Positions 30,408 through 40,292 of a stretch of 64,000 nucleotides of DNA are shown here, piece after piece. Below the pieces are notes generated by a model. The model made no database searches. It was not told the origin of the DNA and saw nothing but the letters and a program-made list of their open reading frames with translations. Position 1 is the stretch's first letter. Every line of letters starts with the position of its first letter. The translations under genes were made by a program, and so were the position numbers. Source of the DNA: an uncultured Candidatus Binatia bacterium (GTDB lineage Bacteria; Desulfobacterota; Binatia; Bin18); NCBI GenBank assembly GCA_965200965.1, contig OZ241744.1, positions 3,136,001 through 3,200,000 of the forward strand, read 5' to 3'.

Positions 30408-31349
30408 CTATGGCCCGGGCCGGCCCGAGTCCTGCCAGCGCAGCAGGCGAAAGCGGCCAGCCCCCAGCCGCTCCACAACGCCGGCCACCCGGCGCGTCAC
30501 CTGACTGTCATCCAGGAAGCCGACGCTCTCAATCGTCATCACGGTCGGCAGGCTCAGACTCCCCGAACGCCCATAGGCGGCCAGCAGGCCCGAGGCGTCA
30601 GGCCCGGACATCTCGGCCCGCTGCTCGGCAAGCTGCTCGGCCTCCTCGGCGTCAATGCCCAACACCGCCTGCAAGACCAGCGGGCCGGCCGTCATCAGGT
30701 TGACCCGGTCCGCCCCGTATACGGTAAAGACCTCGGTCAGAACGTGCTCGTACAGCTCGGGGCTGACCCCGCGCACCAGCACCAGCTCGTCCGGGGTGTC
30801 AAACGGGCCGTCCTTGGCCGGATAGGGCAGCGGCAGGCTGAGATAATAGTCGCTTTCAACGCCGTTCAGGCGCTCCAGCGGGTCCGGGTCGCGCCAGTCC
30901 AGAACGGCCGCGGCCAACTCCTGCGCCGGCTCGGGGGCCAGGTCAAGATGCTCAAAAATCTCCCGCAGGGCAGGCTCCTCAACGGTGTTGAGATTGACCT
31001 TGCCGCGCTCATCCCTGACCCGGACCCGATAGCCGCCGGCCCCAAACGCTTCGAGGACCCAGCGCCCGTCAGCCCGCAGCCAGATATCAACCGGGTCGGG
31101 ATCAGCCGACGGATCGAGCGCCCCCGGACTATTCGCCAAGTCCTCTCCGGCCTGGGCTGCCCGCAGGACAGCGTGCAGGGTCCGGTGAAAACCGGCCTGG
31201 GCCAGATAGTAGGCCCGGGTTTGCTGGGCATGGGTCAGGGCTGTCAGCGCCTCAACCCGCATCGTCTGCGACAGCTCAAAGGACACCACCATCAGCGCCA
31301 TCAGCGCCCACAACACCACAACCAGGACAAGGCCCTGCTCGTTTCTCAT
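30408..31349 (-). CDS. gspK: Type II secretion minor pseudopilin K
   Basis: QGLVLVVVLW prepilin-like site, DERGKVNLN, AAVLDWRDPD, ELVLVRGV. Confidence 0.88.
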   Translation of the reverse strand: MRNEQGLVLVVVLWALMALMVVSFELSQTMRVEALTALTHAQQTRAYYLAQAGFHRTLHAVLRAAQAGEDLANSPGALDPSADPDPVDIWLRADGRWVLEAFGAGGYRVRVRDERGKVNLNTVEEPALREIFEHLDLAPEPAQELAAAVLDWRDPDPLERLNGVESDYYLSLPLPYPAKDGPFDTPDELVLVRGVSPELYEHVLTEVFTVYGADRVNLMTAGPLVLQAVLGIDAEEAEQLAEQRAEMSGPDASGLLAAYGRSGSLSLPTVMTIESVGFLDDSQVTRRVAGVVERLGAGRFRLLRWQDSGRPGP

Positions 31350-31369
31350 GCGTGTCGACGCCTCGGTGC

Positions 31370-32050
31370 CTAGCGCGGCTCCCGCCTTTGACGGCTGCCG
31401 CTCTGCGGGCTGGCCCGCAGTTCCGGGGGGGCGGTCTGGACCTGGATCGGGACCTCCACCTGCCACTCCAGGGGCAAGTGGCCGAGCCGGGCGTGCCAGA
31501 CGCAGCGGATGGCCTTGGGCAAACGCCCGTACTCCTGGCCGTCCCATTGGTCGGTCCACTCATCCTGGGTCTCGACCTGCCCGAAATAGCCCCAGCGTAA
31601 CTCGTCCACCTGGGCAAGCAGCCGGGATTCCTGCACCACGCCGCCCTCAACATCGTCGAGCAGGTCAACTGGCAGAACGGGGGCGCTGGCGCGGACCCAC
31701 AGGCCGAGCTGCCCGTCCTCTTCTCTGAGAAAATAGGTGATTTTGCTCAGCCCGCCCACTTCGGCGCGCCCGTCTCCAGAGATAAAACTCAATTCCTGCG
31801 GTCCACCAAAAAAATACACAAAGGGTTCGCCCTCGTCTTGGAGGGTGAGCGGGTAGGCCGATTTGAGTTGACGGGTCAGCAGCGACAGCGCGGCCCGGGC
31901 GTGCTGGTTGTCAAGCGCCCGCGCCGTTCCCCGCGCGGTGGCTTCGGCCCCGATATTGAGAGCGGTGTAGACCGCCACAATGATCAGACTGAAGATGGTC
32001 AGGCTGATCAGCAGTTCCAGCAGGGTAAAGCCGGCCGCCAGGCGTCTCAC
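31370..32050 (-). CDS. gspJ: Type II secretion minor pseudopilin J-like
   Basis: GFTLLELLISL N-methylation site; position between I and K. Confidence 0.78.
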   Translation of the reverse strand: MRRLAAGFTLLELLISLTIFSLIIVAVYTALNIGAEATARGTARALDNQHARAALSLLTRQLKSAYPLTLQDEGEPFVYFFGGPQELSFISGDGRAEVGGLSKITYFLREEDGQLGLWVRASAPVLPVDLLDDVEGGVVQESRLLAQVDELRWGYFGQVETQDEWTDQWDGQEYGRLPKAIRCVWHARLGHLPLEWQVEVPIQVQTAPPELRASPQSGSRQRREPR

Positions 32051-32541
32051 GGCTCCGGCCCCCTGGCGGCGTCCGGGTCCAGGCCGGCCTCCGCCTCTTC
32101 GGTGAAAGCGCGCAGTGAGCGCAGAACAAAGACTTTGGGCGCGAAAGATTCCTGCCACTCAACCCGCACCTCAATCTCTTTGAGATGCAGAAAATTCGTC
32201 GGGCTCTCCTCCTCGGAGCGCAGGCGCTCATCAGCGTCGTCTGGAAGGCGTTCCCGGACCAGGACCTGCCAGCTATAGCCGTCGGGCAATTCCCCGGTCT
32301 GCTCGCCGTTTTCAAGAACGGTCTGGGCAAAGAGCCGCTCCATGACCTGTTGTCCGTACAGTGCGGCCCTGGTGCGGGAGGAGGCCCTGCCGCCGAGCCG
32401 TATGCTGCCGGCGAAGAGTTCCAGGACGGTCACGAGGCCAACCGCCAGGATCATCAGGGCGATCATGACTTCGAGCAGGGTAAAGCCGGCCCGGGCCGGC
32501 GTCTGCCGAGTCCTGGCCGACGCACGGTGTGGCGTATCCAT
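32047..32541 (-). CDS. gspI: Type II secretion minor pseudopilin I-like
   Basis: GFTLLEVMIAL site; C-terminal IEVRVEW. Confidence 0.78.
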   Translation of the reverse strand: MDTPHRASARTRQTPARAGFTLLEVMIALMILAVGLVTVLELFAGSIRLGGRASSRTRAALYGQQVMERLFAQTVLENGEQTGELPDGYSWQVLVRERLPDDADERLRSEEESPTNFLHLKEIEVRVEWQESFAPKVFVLRSLRAFTEEAEAGLDPDAARGPEP

Positions 32542-32543
32542 CC

Positions 32544-33023
32544 TCAGTCTCTTTCGCGGTGGACGCTGACCGTGCCCAGGAGCGGGTCAAGGGCAACGAC
32601 AAAGACCAGCCCGGGGCCGGCGTCTGGTCCAGTCCGGGCCGGCTCAATCCGGATTTCCCCCCCGGAATTTGTCCCGTCTGGATAAAAACGAAACTCCACC
32701 TCGTCATCCTCGCCCAGCCACCGACCGGAGGCCGACAGCAGGCCGTCTCGGGGCGCGACCTCGATCACTGCGCCGCTGCCCTGGTGGCGGTAGGTGTTGC
32801 TGCGCGGCTCCACCACAAAGACCTGCTGCTCGGCGCGCTGGACGGCATACAGCCGCATCAGGCCGAGCGCCGAGCGCAGCCGCCAAGCGGTCTGCTGGGG
32901 GTCTCCCCGGCTCAAGCGCTGTCCGATCATCGGCACCACCAAGCCGACAGTGATGCTCAGAATCAGCACAACCAGGAGCAGTTCCAGAAAGCTGAATCCG
33001 GCGTGTTTCCACAGGGGGCGCAT
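32544..33023 (-). CDS. gspH: Type II secretion minor pseudopilin H-like
   Basis: GFSFLELLLVV site; RFYPDGTNSGG. Confidence 0.8.
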   Translation of the reverse strand: MRPLWKHAGFSFLELLLVVLILSITVGLVVPMIGQRLSRGDPQQTAWRLRSALGLMRLYAVQRAEQQVFVVEPRSNTYRHQGSGAVIEVAPRDGLLSASGRWLGEDDEVEFRFYPDGTNSGGEIRIEPARTGPDAGPGLVFVVALDPLLGTVSVHRERD

Positions 33024-33099
33024 GGTACGGGGGCGTGTCCTGTTACCGCTTCGGGAGTGAGACACCCGGCGGTCCACCGCGAGCCAGGCGGGGGCAGCC

Positions 33100-33285
33100 T
33101 TACTCGTCTGCCGGGACGTTTTTGAGGGCCTGTATTTTGAAGACAATGACCAGGCCGGCCAAGCCGGTCGCCACCAGACAGCGGACCTCGCTGAGCGGTG
33201 CCGGCGAGGCCAGCAACTCTTGCCCACACACAAAAATCACGAGCGCCATCAGGCCGATCATGACCCGGTCCCAGAGTTTGCGCAT
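33100..33285 (-). CDS. Small two-TM hypothetical protein
   Basis: 61-aa ORF with two hydrophobic segments, GGGGA RBS-like sequence. Confidence 0.5.
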   Translation of the reverse strand: MRKLWDRVMIGLMALVIFVCGQELLASPAPLSEVRCLVATGLAGLVIVFKIQALKNVPADE

Positions 33286-33351
33286 CGCTCGTCCCCCGCA
33301 GTGAATGATGACGACCTGCGGCGTCGGGCAGGCGGTCATCGCTCCCTCTGC

Positions 33352-34527
33352 CTAGCGGATCACCTCCGGCCGGCGGGTCAAATCTTTGGTGATATTTTTC
33401 TGATGGGCCTCCAGCGTCCCGCCGCCAATCTCCAGCAGCTTGGCGTCCCGCCACAAGCGTTCGACCACATATTCGCTGAAATAGCCGTAGCCGCCCAAGA
33501 CCTGCATGGCGTTGTCGGCCACCTGCTTGGCCATGCTGGTGGCAACGAGCTTGACGCCGTCCGAGTCGATCCGCTGGCCCGGGCTGTCGAGGCTCATGCG
33601 TGTGGCGGTGTGGTACACATAGGTGCGGGCGGCCATGTACTGGGCGTAGGAATCGGCAATATAGCGCTGGACCTGTCCAAAGGCGTTGATCGGCTCGCCG
33701 TAGGCCGTCCGTTCGCTGGCGTAGCGTGTCATGATTTCGACACACCGCCCGGCAATCCCGGTTGACATGGCGGCAATCGTGACCCGTTCGATTTCGAGGT
33801 TGCGCATCATGTGCAACAGGCTCTCGCCCTCTTGGCCGAGACGGTTCTCAACCGGCACCGCGCAGTCTTCAAACACCAGCTCGGCGGTCATCGAGGCCCG
33901 CATCCCGGTTTTGCCGTGCAGGCGTTGGCCGAGCGAAAAGCCGTGGAAGTCTTTCTCGACCACAAACGAACTCAGACCCCGGTCGGTTTTGGCGTAGACC
34001 AGGAAGATATCGCCGAGTGTCGTATCATTGAGGGCACCGTTGGTGATGAACATTTTGCGGCCGTTCAGGTAATAGCTATCCCCGCGCCGGACCGCCTGGG
34101 ACTTCATGCCCAGCACGTCCGTGCCGGCCGAGGGCTCAGTCATGCACATGCCGCCCACCCACTCGCCCGATATCACTTTATCGAGATAGCGCCGGCGCTG
34201 GGCGTCGTTGGCGTTGCGGCAAAAATTGTTCACAAACAGCATGGCGTGGGCCAGATAGGCCAGACACAAGCCCGGATCAACGGCCGACAGCTCTTCGTGG
34301 ACGATGACGGCCGCCACCGCGTCCATACCGGCCCCGCCGTAGCGCTCCGGCACCGATATCCCGAGCAGGCCCAAGTCGCCCAGCCGACGGAACAGACCGA
34401 GGTTGAAGCGCTCCTGTCTGTCCGTTTCGAGCGCCTGGGGTTCGACCTGTTCACGCGCAAAATCGCGCACCGTCTGGCGCAACAGGGCGTGCTCGTCGCT
34501 TGGCTGGAACAGGCGGTCGGTCTCCAT
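33352..34527 (-). CDS. ivd: Isovaleryl-CoA dehydrogenase-like acyl-CoA dehydrogenase
   Basis: MCMTEPSAGTDV, NGRKMFITNG, GMRAS.TAELVFED, RLWRDAKLLEIGGGT. Confidence 0.82.
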   Translation of the reverse strand: METDRLFQPSDEHALLRQTVRDFAREQVEPQALETDRQERFNLGLFRRLGDLGLLGISVPERYGGAGMDAVAAVIVHEELSAVDPGLCLAYLAHAMLFVNNFCRNANDAQRRRYLDKVISGEWVGGMCMTEPSAGTDVLGMKSQAVRRGDSYYLNGRKMFITNGALNDTTLGDIFLVYAKTDRGLSSFVVEKDFHGFSLGQRLHGKTGMRASMTAELVFEDCAVPVENRLGQEGESLLHMMRNLEIERVTIAAMSTGIAGRCVEIMTRYASERTAYGEPINAFGQVQRYIADSYAQYMAARTYVYHTATRMSLDSPGQRIDSDGVKLVATSMAKQVADNAMQVLGGYGYFSEYVVERLWRDAKLLEIGGGTLEAHQKNITKDLTRRPEVIR

Positions 34528-34553
34528 GCCACGCTCTTCTGCAACGGGCGGCT

Positions 34554-36023
34554 CTAGGCCGTCCCGGCAGCTCCAGTGCTGTCGGACAGAAACTGCTGGA
34601 CCTGCGGCTCAATGGCCGTGCCGGCAAAGAAGTCGGGGTTCATCCCCGTCCACAGGCGGACCGGATTGGTAAACACAAAGTCGCGGAAATCGTCCGGGCT
34701 GATAACGCCGTCCTCAACCCCTTCATACGCCTCGCCTAATACATCGGTCATATTCGGCACGTCAAAATGGCCGATGTCCGAGCCAAAGACCGCGTTCAGC
34801 TTCGCCCCCAACGGGTTCACCTGACGATTAAACGCCCAGGCGTTGACCGGATCATCGGCCTCGCAGCCAAAATAGAAATTCGACACAAACAAATCCCGGA
34901 TATCCTCGGCGCACCCAATCTGACACCGGGCAAAGTCGTCGAGTTCGTCGGGGCGGTCGGTCAACAGCCCGCGGCCGATGGCGGTGTGGAGCTCGCCGGC
35001 CTTCTCCACCACCCCGGCAGAGCCGTAGCGTTGGATCAGGTCAAGTAACAGTTCGTGGTTCAGGTTGGCCGGATCGACCTCTTCCAGCGCCCTGGGGTTG
35101 CGCTTGCTCCAGTGGCCAATCAGGTCGCTGTACAGGCTGCACGCCCAGCCAACCCCGCCCTCCAGAAAGGACAGGCGCAGACCCGGAAAGCGCCGGGTCA
35201 CTCCATTCAGAAAGAGGGACTTGCACACGGCTTCACTGGCCGCGGCAAAATGGCCGATGTGGTTATACACAAAGTTGGAGATTGAGGTCCGCAACCCGAT
35301 TCCTGACGAAGCCGAATGAAAACTGGGCGGGATGCCGAGTTCCACGCACTTGGCCCACACCGGGTCGTAATCGTGCTCGCTGTCCAGCCCCAGGGTATCG
35401 TGCCATTGGGCATAGCGGCTGGCCTCGGGCGTATTTTTGGCCACCGCGGGGACCGGTCGGCGCTGGAGGCTGGCCAGCATGGCCGCTTTGGTACCGAGGT
35501 TTTTGGCCACAAATTCCAACTCTTCAACCGCCTCTTGAGGCGTGTGCATGGGAATCACCGCGGCCGGGGTCAGCCGGTCCTCCAGGCCCTTGAACTGATC
35601 GGCCGTATACATGTTGAACGCTCGGCAGGCGGCCCGGCGGACCTCCTCGTCCCGCAGAAAGGGCGCAAACAAGGCCCCGCCGGTGGGGTACATGACCGAA
35701 AAATCCAGCCCCAACTCGTCCATCCGTTCGTACAGCAGTCCGGGCAGCATGGCTGTTGCCCGGTCGCGCGTGTTCCTGGTCGGCACGCCCCACCAGGCGG
35801 GTTGCAGCATCCGCCGCTCACGGCGGTCTTGGGGCGACATCCGGGCCCACTTTTTATTGCCGAACTGGTTGGCGACCTGCTGGTAACGTGCAACAATGTG
35901 CCCGCCGCCGACCTGGCGCAGATAGTCCAGGGCCGCGGGTTCAAACTCGATCCAGTGACCGTCAGAGTCAATCACCGGATGGCCCAGACGGGCGTGAATG
36001 CTTGCCGGAGATGGGTATGACAT
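34554..36023 (-). CDS. Amidohydrolase family protein
   Basis: VIDSDGH, SFH, FLEGGVGW, FGSDIGHFD. Confidence 0.88.
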   Translation of the reverse strand: MSYPSPASIHARLGHPVIDSDGHWIEFEPAALDYLRQVGGGHIVARYQQVANQFGNKKWARMSPQDRRERRMLQPAWWGVPTRNTRDRATAMLPGLLYERMDELGLDFSVMYPTGGALFAPFLRDEEVRRAACRAFNMYTADQFKGLEDRLTPAAVIPMHTPQEAVEELEFVAKNLGTKAAMLASLQRRPVPAVAKNTPEASRYAQWHDTLGLDSEHDYDPVWAKCVELGIPPSFHSASSGIGLRTSISNFVYNHIGHFAAASEAVCKSLFLNGVTRRFPGLRLSFLEGGVGWACSLYSDLIGHWSKRNPRALEEVDPANLNHELLLDLIQRYGSAGVVEKAGELHTAIGRGLLTDRPDELDDFARCQIGCAEDIRDLFVSNFYFGCEADDPVNAWAFNRQVNPLGAKLNAVFGSDIGHFDVPNMTDVLGEAYEGVEDGVISPDDFRDFVFTNPVRLWTGMNPDFFAGTAIEPQVQQFLSDSTGAAGTA

Positions 36024-36142
36024 CGTGTTCGTCTCCTTGTGTCAGGGTGTGGACCGCGGCGCAGTCCGCCGGACCATCCTACTCGGCCCCGCCCCCGATT
36101 CCTAGACCCATGTCCGGGACCTGCGCCGGCAGACCGCTCAGG

Positions 36143-36193
36143 GAGGACGGAACGCGTCGCCTTCCGTTCAATCTGATGACACGTTCCGTCCTC
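36143..36193 (-). repeat. 51-bp palindromic element, copy A (intergenic; overlaps the stop codon of the SLT gene)
   Basis: Minus strand: GAGGACGGAACGTGTC atcagattgaacggaaggc GACGCGTTCCGTCCTC. Confidence 0.9.
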
Positions 36194-36890
36194 AGGACAC
36201 CAGACAGACCCGCACGGGCGCGAGTTCGTGTTTATCTGAGGGTGGGGACAGCGGATAGTCGAGAACCGGATAGAAAGGAGTGTAGCCGGAGCGGATTTTA
36301 TCGGCTCGCTGCAACACCTGGCGGACATATCGCTGCGTCTCCCGATAGGGGTGGTAGTCCCGCTGTTTCAGACGGGTCGGCCCCATATTATAGGCGGCCA
36401 GAGCGGGCTCCATATCATCAAAGCGGGACAGCATGGTTTTGAGATAGGACAGCCCGCCGTACACCAGGACCGGCAAGGCGTGCTCAGACCGGGACAGGCC
36501 GACTTCCTCCAGGGCGACAGGTCTGATTTGCAGCGGTCCACGTCCGCCCCGCGGGCCGCGTTTCATCGGGTCTCGGGTGTCGCTCTCCTGAAGCAGGAGC
36601 GCAACGGCCAAGGTCTCGTCCAACTCCAGTTCCCGCGCCAGGCAGCGGGTATACTGCTCAAGGGTAGGCCCGCCCCGGGGGGTCTTGTCCACGGCCGGCG
36701 GCCTCACCTGTCCCGCCGCTACCGCCGGCGGCTTTTGGCTCGGCTCCGGCTCTTGGCCAGGAATCGGCGCGACGCGCGGTGGTGGCTGAAGGAGGAGGAA
36801 CGTGACACTCAACAGCGCGACAGCCAGGCAGCCGTAGCGGTAAGCCGGATGACTCGGAAAGGGGGAGGGGTCAGTGTTCATACGATACAT
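36192..36890 (-). CDS. Lytic transglycosylase (SLT domain) protein
   Basis: AAGGAG RBS, N-terminal TM, LLLQES, GPLQI, ALAAYNMG, ETQRYV. Confidence 0.85.
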   Translation of the reverse strand: MYRMNTDPSPFPSHPAYRYGCLAVALLSVTFLLLQPPPRVAPIPGQEPEPSQKPPAVAAGQVRPPAVDKTPRGGPTLEQYTRCLARELELDETLAVALLLQESDTRDPMKRGPRGGRGPLQIRPVALEEVGLSRSEHALPVLVYGGLSYLKTMLSRFDDMEPALAAYNMGPTRLKQRDYHPYRETQRYVRQVLQRADKIRSGYTPFYPVLDYPLSPPSDKHELAPVRVCLVS

Positions 36891-37226
36891 TTCTCCTTGG
36901 GATGCAAGGTTTCTCAGCAGACGCAAGGCAACACGGCAGGGCTGGCGGATCGGCCGGTGTCGCTCAGCAGCGATGATAGACGGGGGGGGGTATTCCACCT
37001 GGATTGATTCGCGGTGACAAGTCCCGGCATGGGAGATGCCAGACTTGCGCGGGAGGGCTGATATGGCAGCATTTCACTATCCGCAGTCCGCGACGACAGA
37101 GGCACCGCTTGATCAGCTTGCCCAGCGGGCGATTCCTCTGGCTGCCGGCCTTCTCGCCAAGCGGCAGCACAACAGGTCGGCCCATAGTGCCAAAATTGCC
37201 CGCATGATGGAAGACCCCCTCGCCCT

Positions 37227-38945
37227 TCACTCCCGGGCCAGAGCAAAAACCCACAGCACACCGCCCTGCGGAACGTGGACCGTGCGGCCAAAGGCTTTAT
37301 CAAGCAACTCTTGTTTGCGCTGGGCGTCCACGCCCCAGCCGGACTGCACGGCGATATACTGGACGCCGTCAATCGCATAGCTGCTGGGCACGCCGGTCAC
37401 GCCCGAGTTGGTCCGCTGCCGCCACACCACCTCGCCGGTTCTGGCGTCAAAGGCGCGGAAGTAGCGGTCGTTGGTGCCGCCCGAGAACACCAGGCCGCCG
37501 CCGGTGGTCAGCACCGGTCCCCAGTTATGCGACCGAAAGGTTGTCGTCCAGACCCGCTTGCCGGTGTTCATGTCCCAGGCTTGCAGCTCGCCGATATGCG
37601 CCTTGGCGTCCTCGTGCGGGATGACTTCGATATCCGAGATTTTCAGACCGATGAACAGCTCGCCCGGCCGGTAGGTGGCCGGCTCGCCCCGCATGGCCCC
37701 ACACAGGTTTTCGTTGGCCGGGATGTACACATAGCCGGTCTTAGGGCTGTAGGCCGAGGGTGGCCAGTCTTTCCCGCCCCAGACCGAGGGGCAGAACTCG
37801 GCCCGTGTGCCGATATCGGGAATCCTGACCGGGTCGTACTCGGGCCGGCCGGTCGTGGGATCAAGCCGGGTGAACACGTTCTGGCGGACAAAGGGTTGAG
37901 CATCAACAAAGCTGATCTTGTCGGCGCTGCGCTCCAGCAGCCACAGATAGCCGTCGCGGCCGGCGTGGACCAGCCCTTTGAAGGCGCGGCCGTCCCGCTC
38001 CACATCGATCAGCAGCGGGGCGGACACCTCGTCCCAGTCCCAGGAACCGTTCCAGTGGTACTGGTGCCAGCCCTTGAGTTCACCGCTGTCGGCGTCCAGG
38101 GCGATGACCGAGGTGGCGTACAGATTATCGCCGGGGCGGGTGCTGCCCATGAACGGCCCGCCGTTGCCCGTCCCCCAGTAGGTCAGATTCGTCTCCGGGT
38201 CATAACTGCCGGTGATCCAGATCGACACCCCGCCGGTTTTCCAGGTGTCGCCGGCCCAGGTGTCGTGGCCGGGCTGGCCGGGACCCGGAATGGTATAGGT
38301 TTTCCACACCGACTCACCCGTCTCGGCGTCAAACGCCTGGATAAACCCCCGAATGCCCATCTCACCGCCGGACACGCCCACGACAACCTTGCCCTTCACA
38401 ACCAGGGGGGCCAGGGTCATGTAATAACCGGCCAGGTAATTCTCGACCTCGGTCTCCCACGCCACCGCCCCGGTCCTGGCGTCCAGGGCCACCAGATAGG
38501 CGTCCACCGTAGCGACATACACCTTGTCGCCATACAGGCCGACCCCTCTGTTGGTCGGGTGCAACTGGAACAGGTCCTCGGGCAGCTCACGGCGATAGCG
38601 CCAGAGCAGGTCGCCTTTTCTGGCGTCCAGAGCCAACACTTGGTTCTGGGGGGTGGTGATGAACATCACCCCGTTATTGACAATCGGCGGGGCCTGGTGG
38701 CCCTCATCAACCCCGGTCGAGAAGGTCCACACCGGCACCAGCTTGTTCACATTCCGGGGCGTGATCTGGTCCAGCCGACTGTAGCCCCAGCTGTCGTACG
38801 TCGCCCGGTACATCAGCCAGTTTTCCGGCTCGGGTGTGAGCAGCCGCTCGTTGGTGACCGGGCTGTAGTCAAGAGCCTCAGCGGCCGCGGAGCCGGGCAG
38901 CAGCCCGACGCTCAGCAGCATGATAAGAACGCGCAGTAGGGACAT
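37227..38945 (-). CDS. PQQ-dependent alcohol dehydrogenase family protein
   Basis: Signal peptide, beta-propeller W motifs, SGGEMGIRG, WGTGN, WDWDE, GGKDW, DGVQYIAV. Confidence 0.92.
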   Translation of the reverse strand: MSLLRVLIMLLSVGLLPGSAAAEALDYSPVTNERLLTPEPENWLMYRATYDSWGYSRLDQITPRNVNKLVPVWTFSTGVDEGHQAPPIVNNGVMFITTPQNQVLALDARKGDLLWRYRRELPEDLFQLHPTNRGVGLYGDKVYVATVDAYLVALDARTGAVAWETEVENYLAGYYMTLAPLVVKGKVVVGVSGGEMGIRGFIQAFDAETGESVWKTYTIPGPGQPGHDTWAGDTWKTGGVSIWITGSYDPETNLTYWGTGNGGPFMGSTRPGDNLYATSVIALDADSGELKGWHQYHWNGSWDWDEVSAPLLIDVERDGRAFKGLVHAGRDGYLWLLERSADKISFVDAQPFVRQNVFTRLDPTTGRPEYDPVRIPDIGTRAEFCPSVWGGKDWPPSAYSPKTGYVYIPANENLCGAMRGEPATYRPGELFIGLKISDIEVIPHEDAKAHIGELQAWDMNTGKRVWTTTFRSHNWGPVLTTGGGLVFSGGTNDRYFRAFDARTGEVVWRQRTNSGVTGVPSSYAIDGVQYIAVQSGWGVDAQRKQELLDKAFGRTVHVPQGGVLWVFALARE

Positions 38946-38978
38946 GGCTATTTCCTTTTCTTGCCGGCGTCCGGCCGC

Positions 38979-40280
38979 TCAGCCTCCGACCGGCCTGAAC
39001 TCGATGTGCAGCTCCTTGAGCGCCCGCAGGGCGAAATTGGGAGCAACGCTGAAGTCGTTCTTGCCCGGCGCAAACCACATCTCCTCAACACGGTCGAGCA
39101 ACGCCTTGAAGGCCCAGTACAGCTCCCGCCGGGCGAGCGGCGCGCCCAGGCAGTGATGGACGCCGGAGCCAAACGCGAGGTGCCGGCCGGGCTTGTCACG
39201 CTCCAGGTCCAGCACCTTGGGGCGGTCGAACTCGCGCTCGTCGCGGTTGCCGGCGGCGTAGCGGATGTTCAGGATGGAGCCTTTGGGGATGGCGACGCCG
39301 TGCAACTCAAGGTCGGTGGCGGTCGTGCGGAAGAGGCCCTGCACTGGGCTTTCCAGGCGCAGGGCCTCTTCGACAAAGGTGCGCAGGTGTTTGTCCGGGT
39401 CGGCCTTGAGCATGTGCCAGGCGGTTGGGTTCTCAATGAGCAGCTTGACGCCAAAGCCAATGGCGTTGGTCGAGGTCTCGGAGCCGCCGACAAAGGTATC
39501 GGCCATCATTTCGGCGTGCAGCTCGTTGTCGCTCAGCGGCCGGCCCCACTCGGGGACGGTGCGGTTGACCAGCTCAGACAGCAGGGTGTCGTCCGGCTGT
39601 TGGCGCAGGCGCTCAAAGATGGGCTGAAAATAGTGCTGGGCCTCTATCTCCATCTCCACCGACCATTGTTCTTCCTCCTCGGTCTGCATCATGCCGAGAC
39701 GCTGCACCCAGGCGTCTGTCCAGGCCTTGATCTGCCAGATATCGGCTTCGGGCACGCCCATCTGCCGGCCGATGACGATCAGGGGCAGCGGCACGGCGAA
39801 CTGCCGCACCCAGTCGCAGGAGCCGTCATCAAGAAAACCGTCAATGAGCCGGCAGGCGGTCTGCTCAACAAAGGGGTCCATCTCGTTGATCCTGGCCGGC
39901 CGGAAGGCTTCGTTGAACATGGCCCGCATCTGGCGGTGGCCGGGGTCGTCGCGGCCGGCCAGGGTCTCGGCCGGCAGCCAGCCGTTTTCTTCGTACAGCT
40001 TGCGCATCCGCTCGGCGCGCTGCGGGTCAATCCGCTCGCGCCCCCCGCCCTGGCCGCCGCGCATCCCGTTGACAAAGCGTTCGGTGTCGAGCAGGACGCG
40101 GCGCACATCCTCAAAGCGGGTGATGACGTAGAAGCCGGTCAGCGGGTCTTTCCATACCGGGGCCTGGTCGCGCAGCTTTTGATAGGCGTGATACGGGCAG
40201 TTCTGCAAACCCGTATCCAGCAGCTTGATATCGTCGAGGGATTCGGGCCTGATTGGCTGGGAGGGCACTTGTTCAGTCAT
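38979..40280 (-). CDS. Cytochrome P450
   Basis: GGSETS I-helix, EEALR (ExxR), FGSGVHHCLG haem motif. Confidence 0.95.
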   Translation of the reverse strand: MTEQVPSQPIRPESLDDIKLLDTGLQNCPYHAYQKLRDQAPVWKDPLTGFYVITRFEDVRRVLLDTERFVNGMRGGQGGGRERIDPQRAERMRKLYEENGWLPAETLAGRDDPGHRQMRAMFNEAFRPARINEMDPFVEQTACRLIDGFLDDGSCDWVRQFAVPLPLIVIGRQMGVPEADIWQIKAWTDAWVQRLGMMQTEEEEQWSVEMEIEAQHYFQPIFERLRQQPDDTLLSELVNRTVPEWGRPLSDNELHAEMMADTFVGGSETSTNAIGFGVKLLIENPTAWHMLKADPDKHLRTFVEEALRLESPVQGLFRTTATDLELHGVAIPKGSILNIRYAAGNRDEREFDRPKVLDLERDKPGRHLAFGSGVHHCLGAPLARRELYWAFKALLDRVEEMWFAPGKNDFSVAPNFALRALKELHIEFRPVGG

Positions 40281-40292
40281 TTGGGGTCCTCA

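Noticed and set aside
33030-33070. GTGTC...GACAC short inverted repeat as a fifth 51-bp element
   Set aside because: The arms are short, and spacer length and sequence do not match the family
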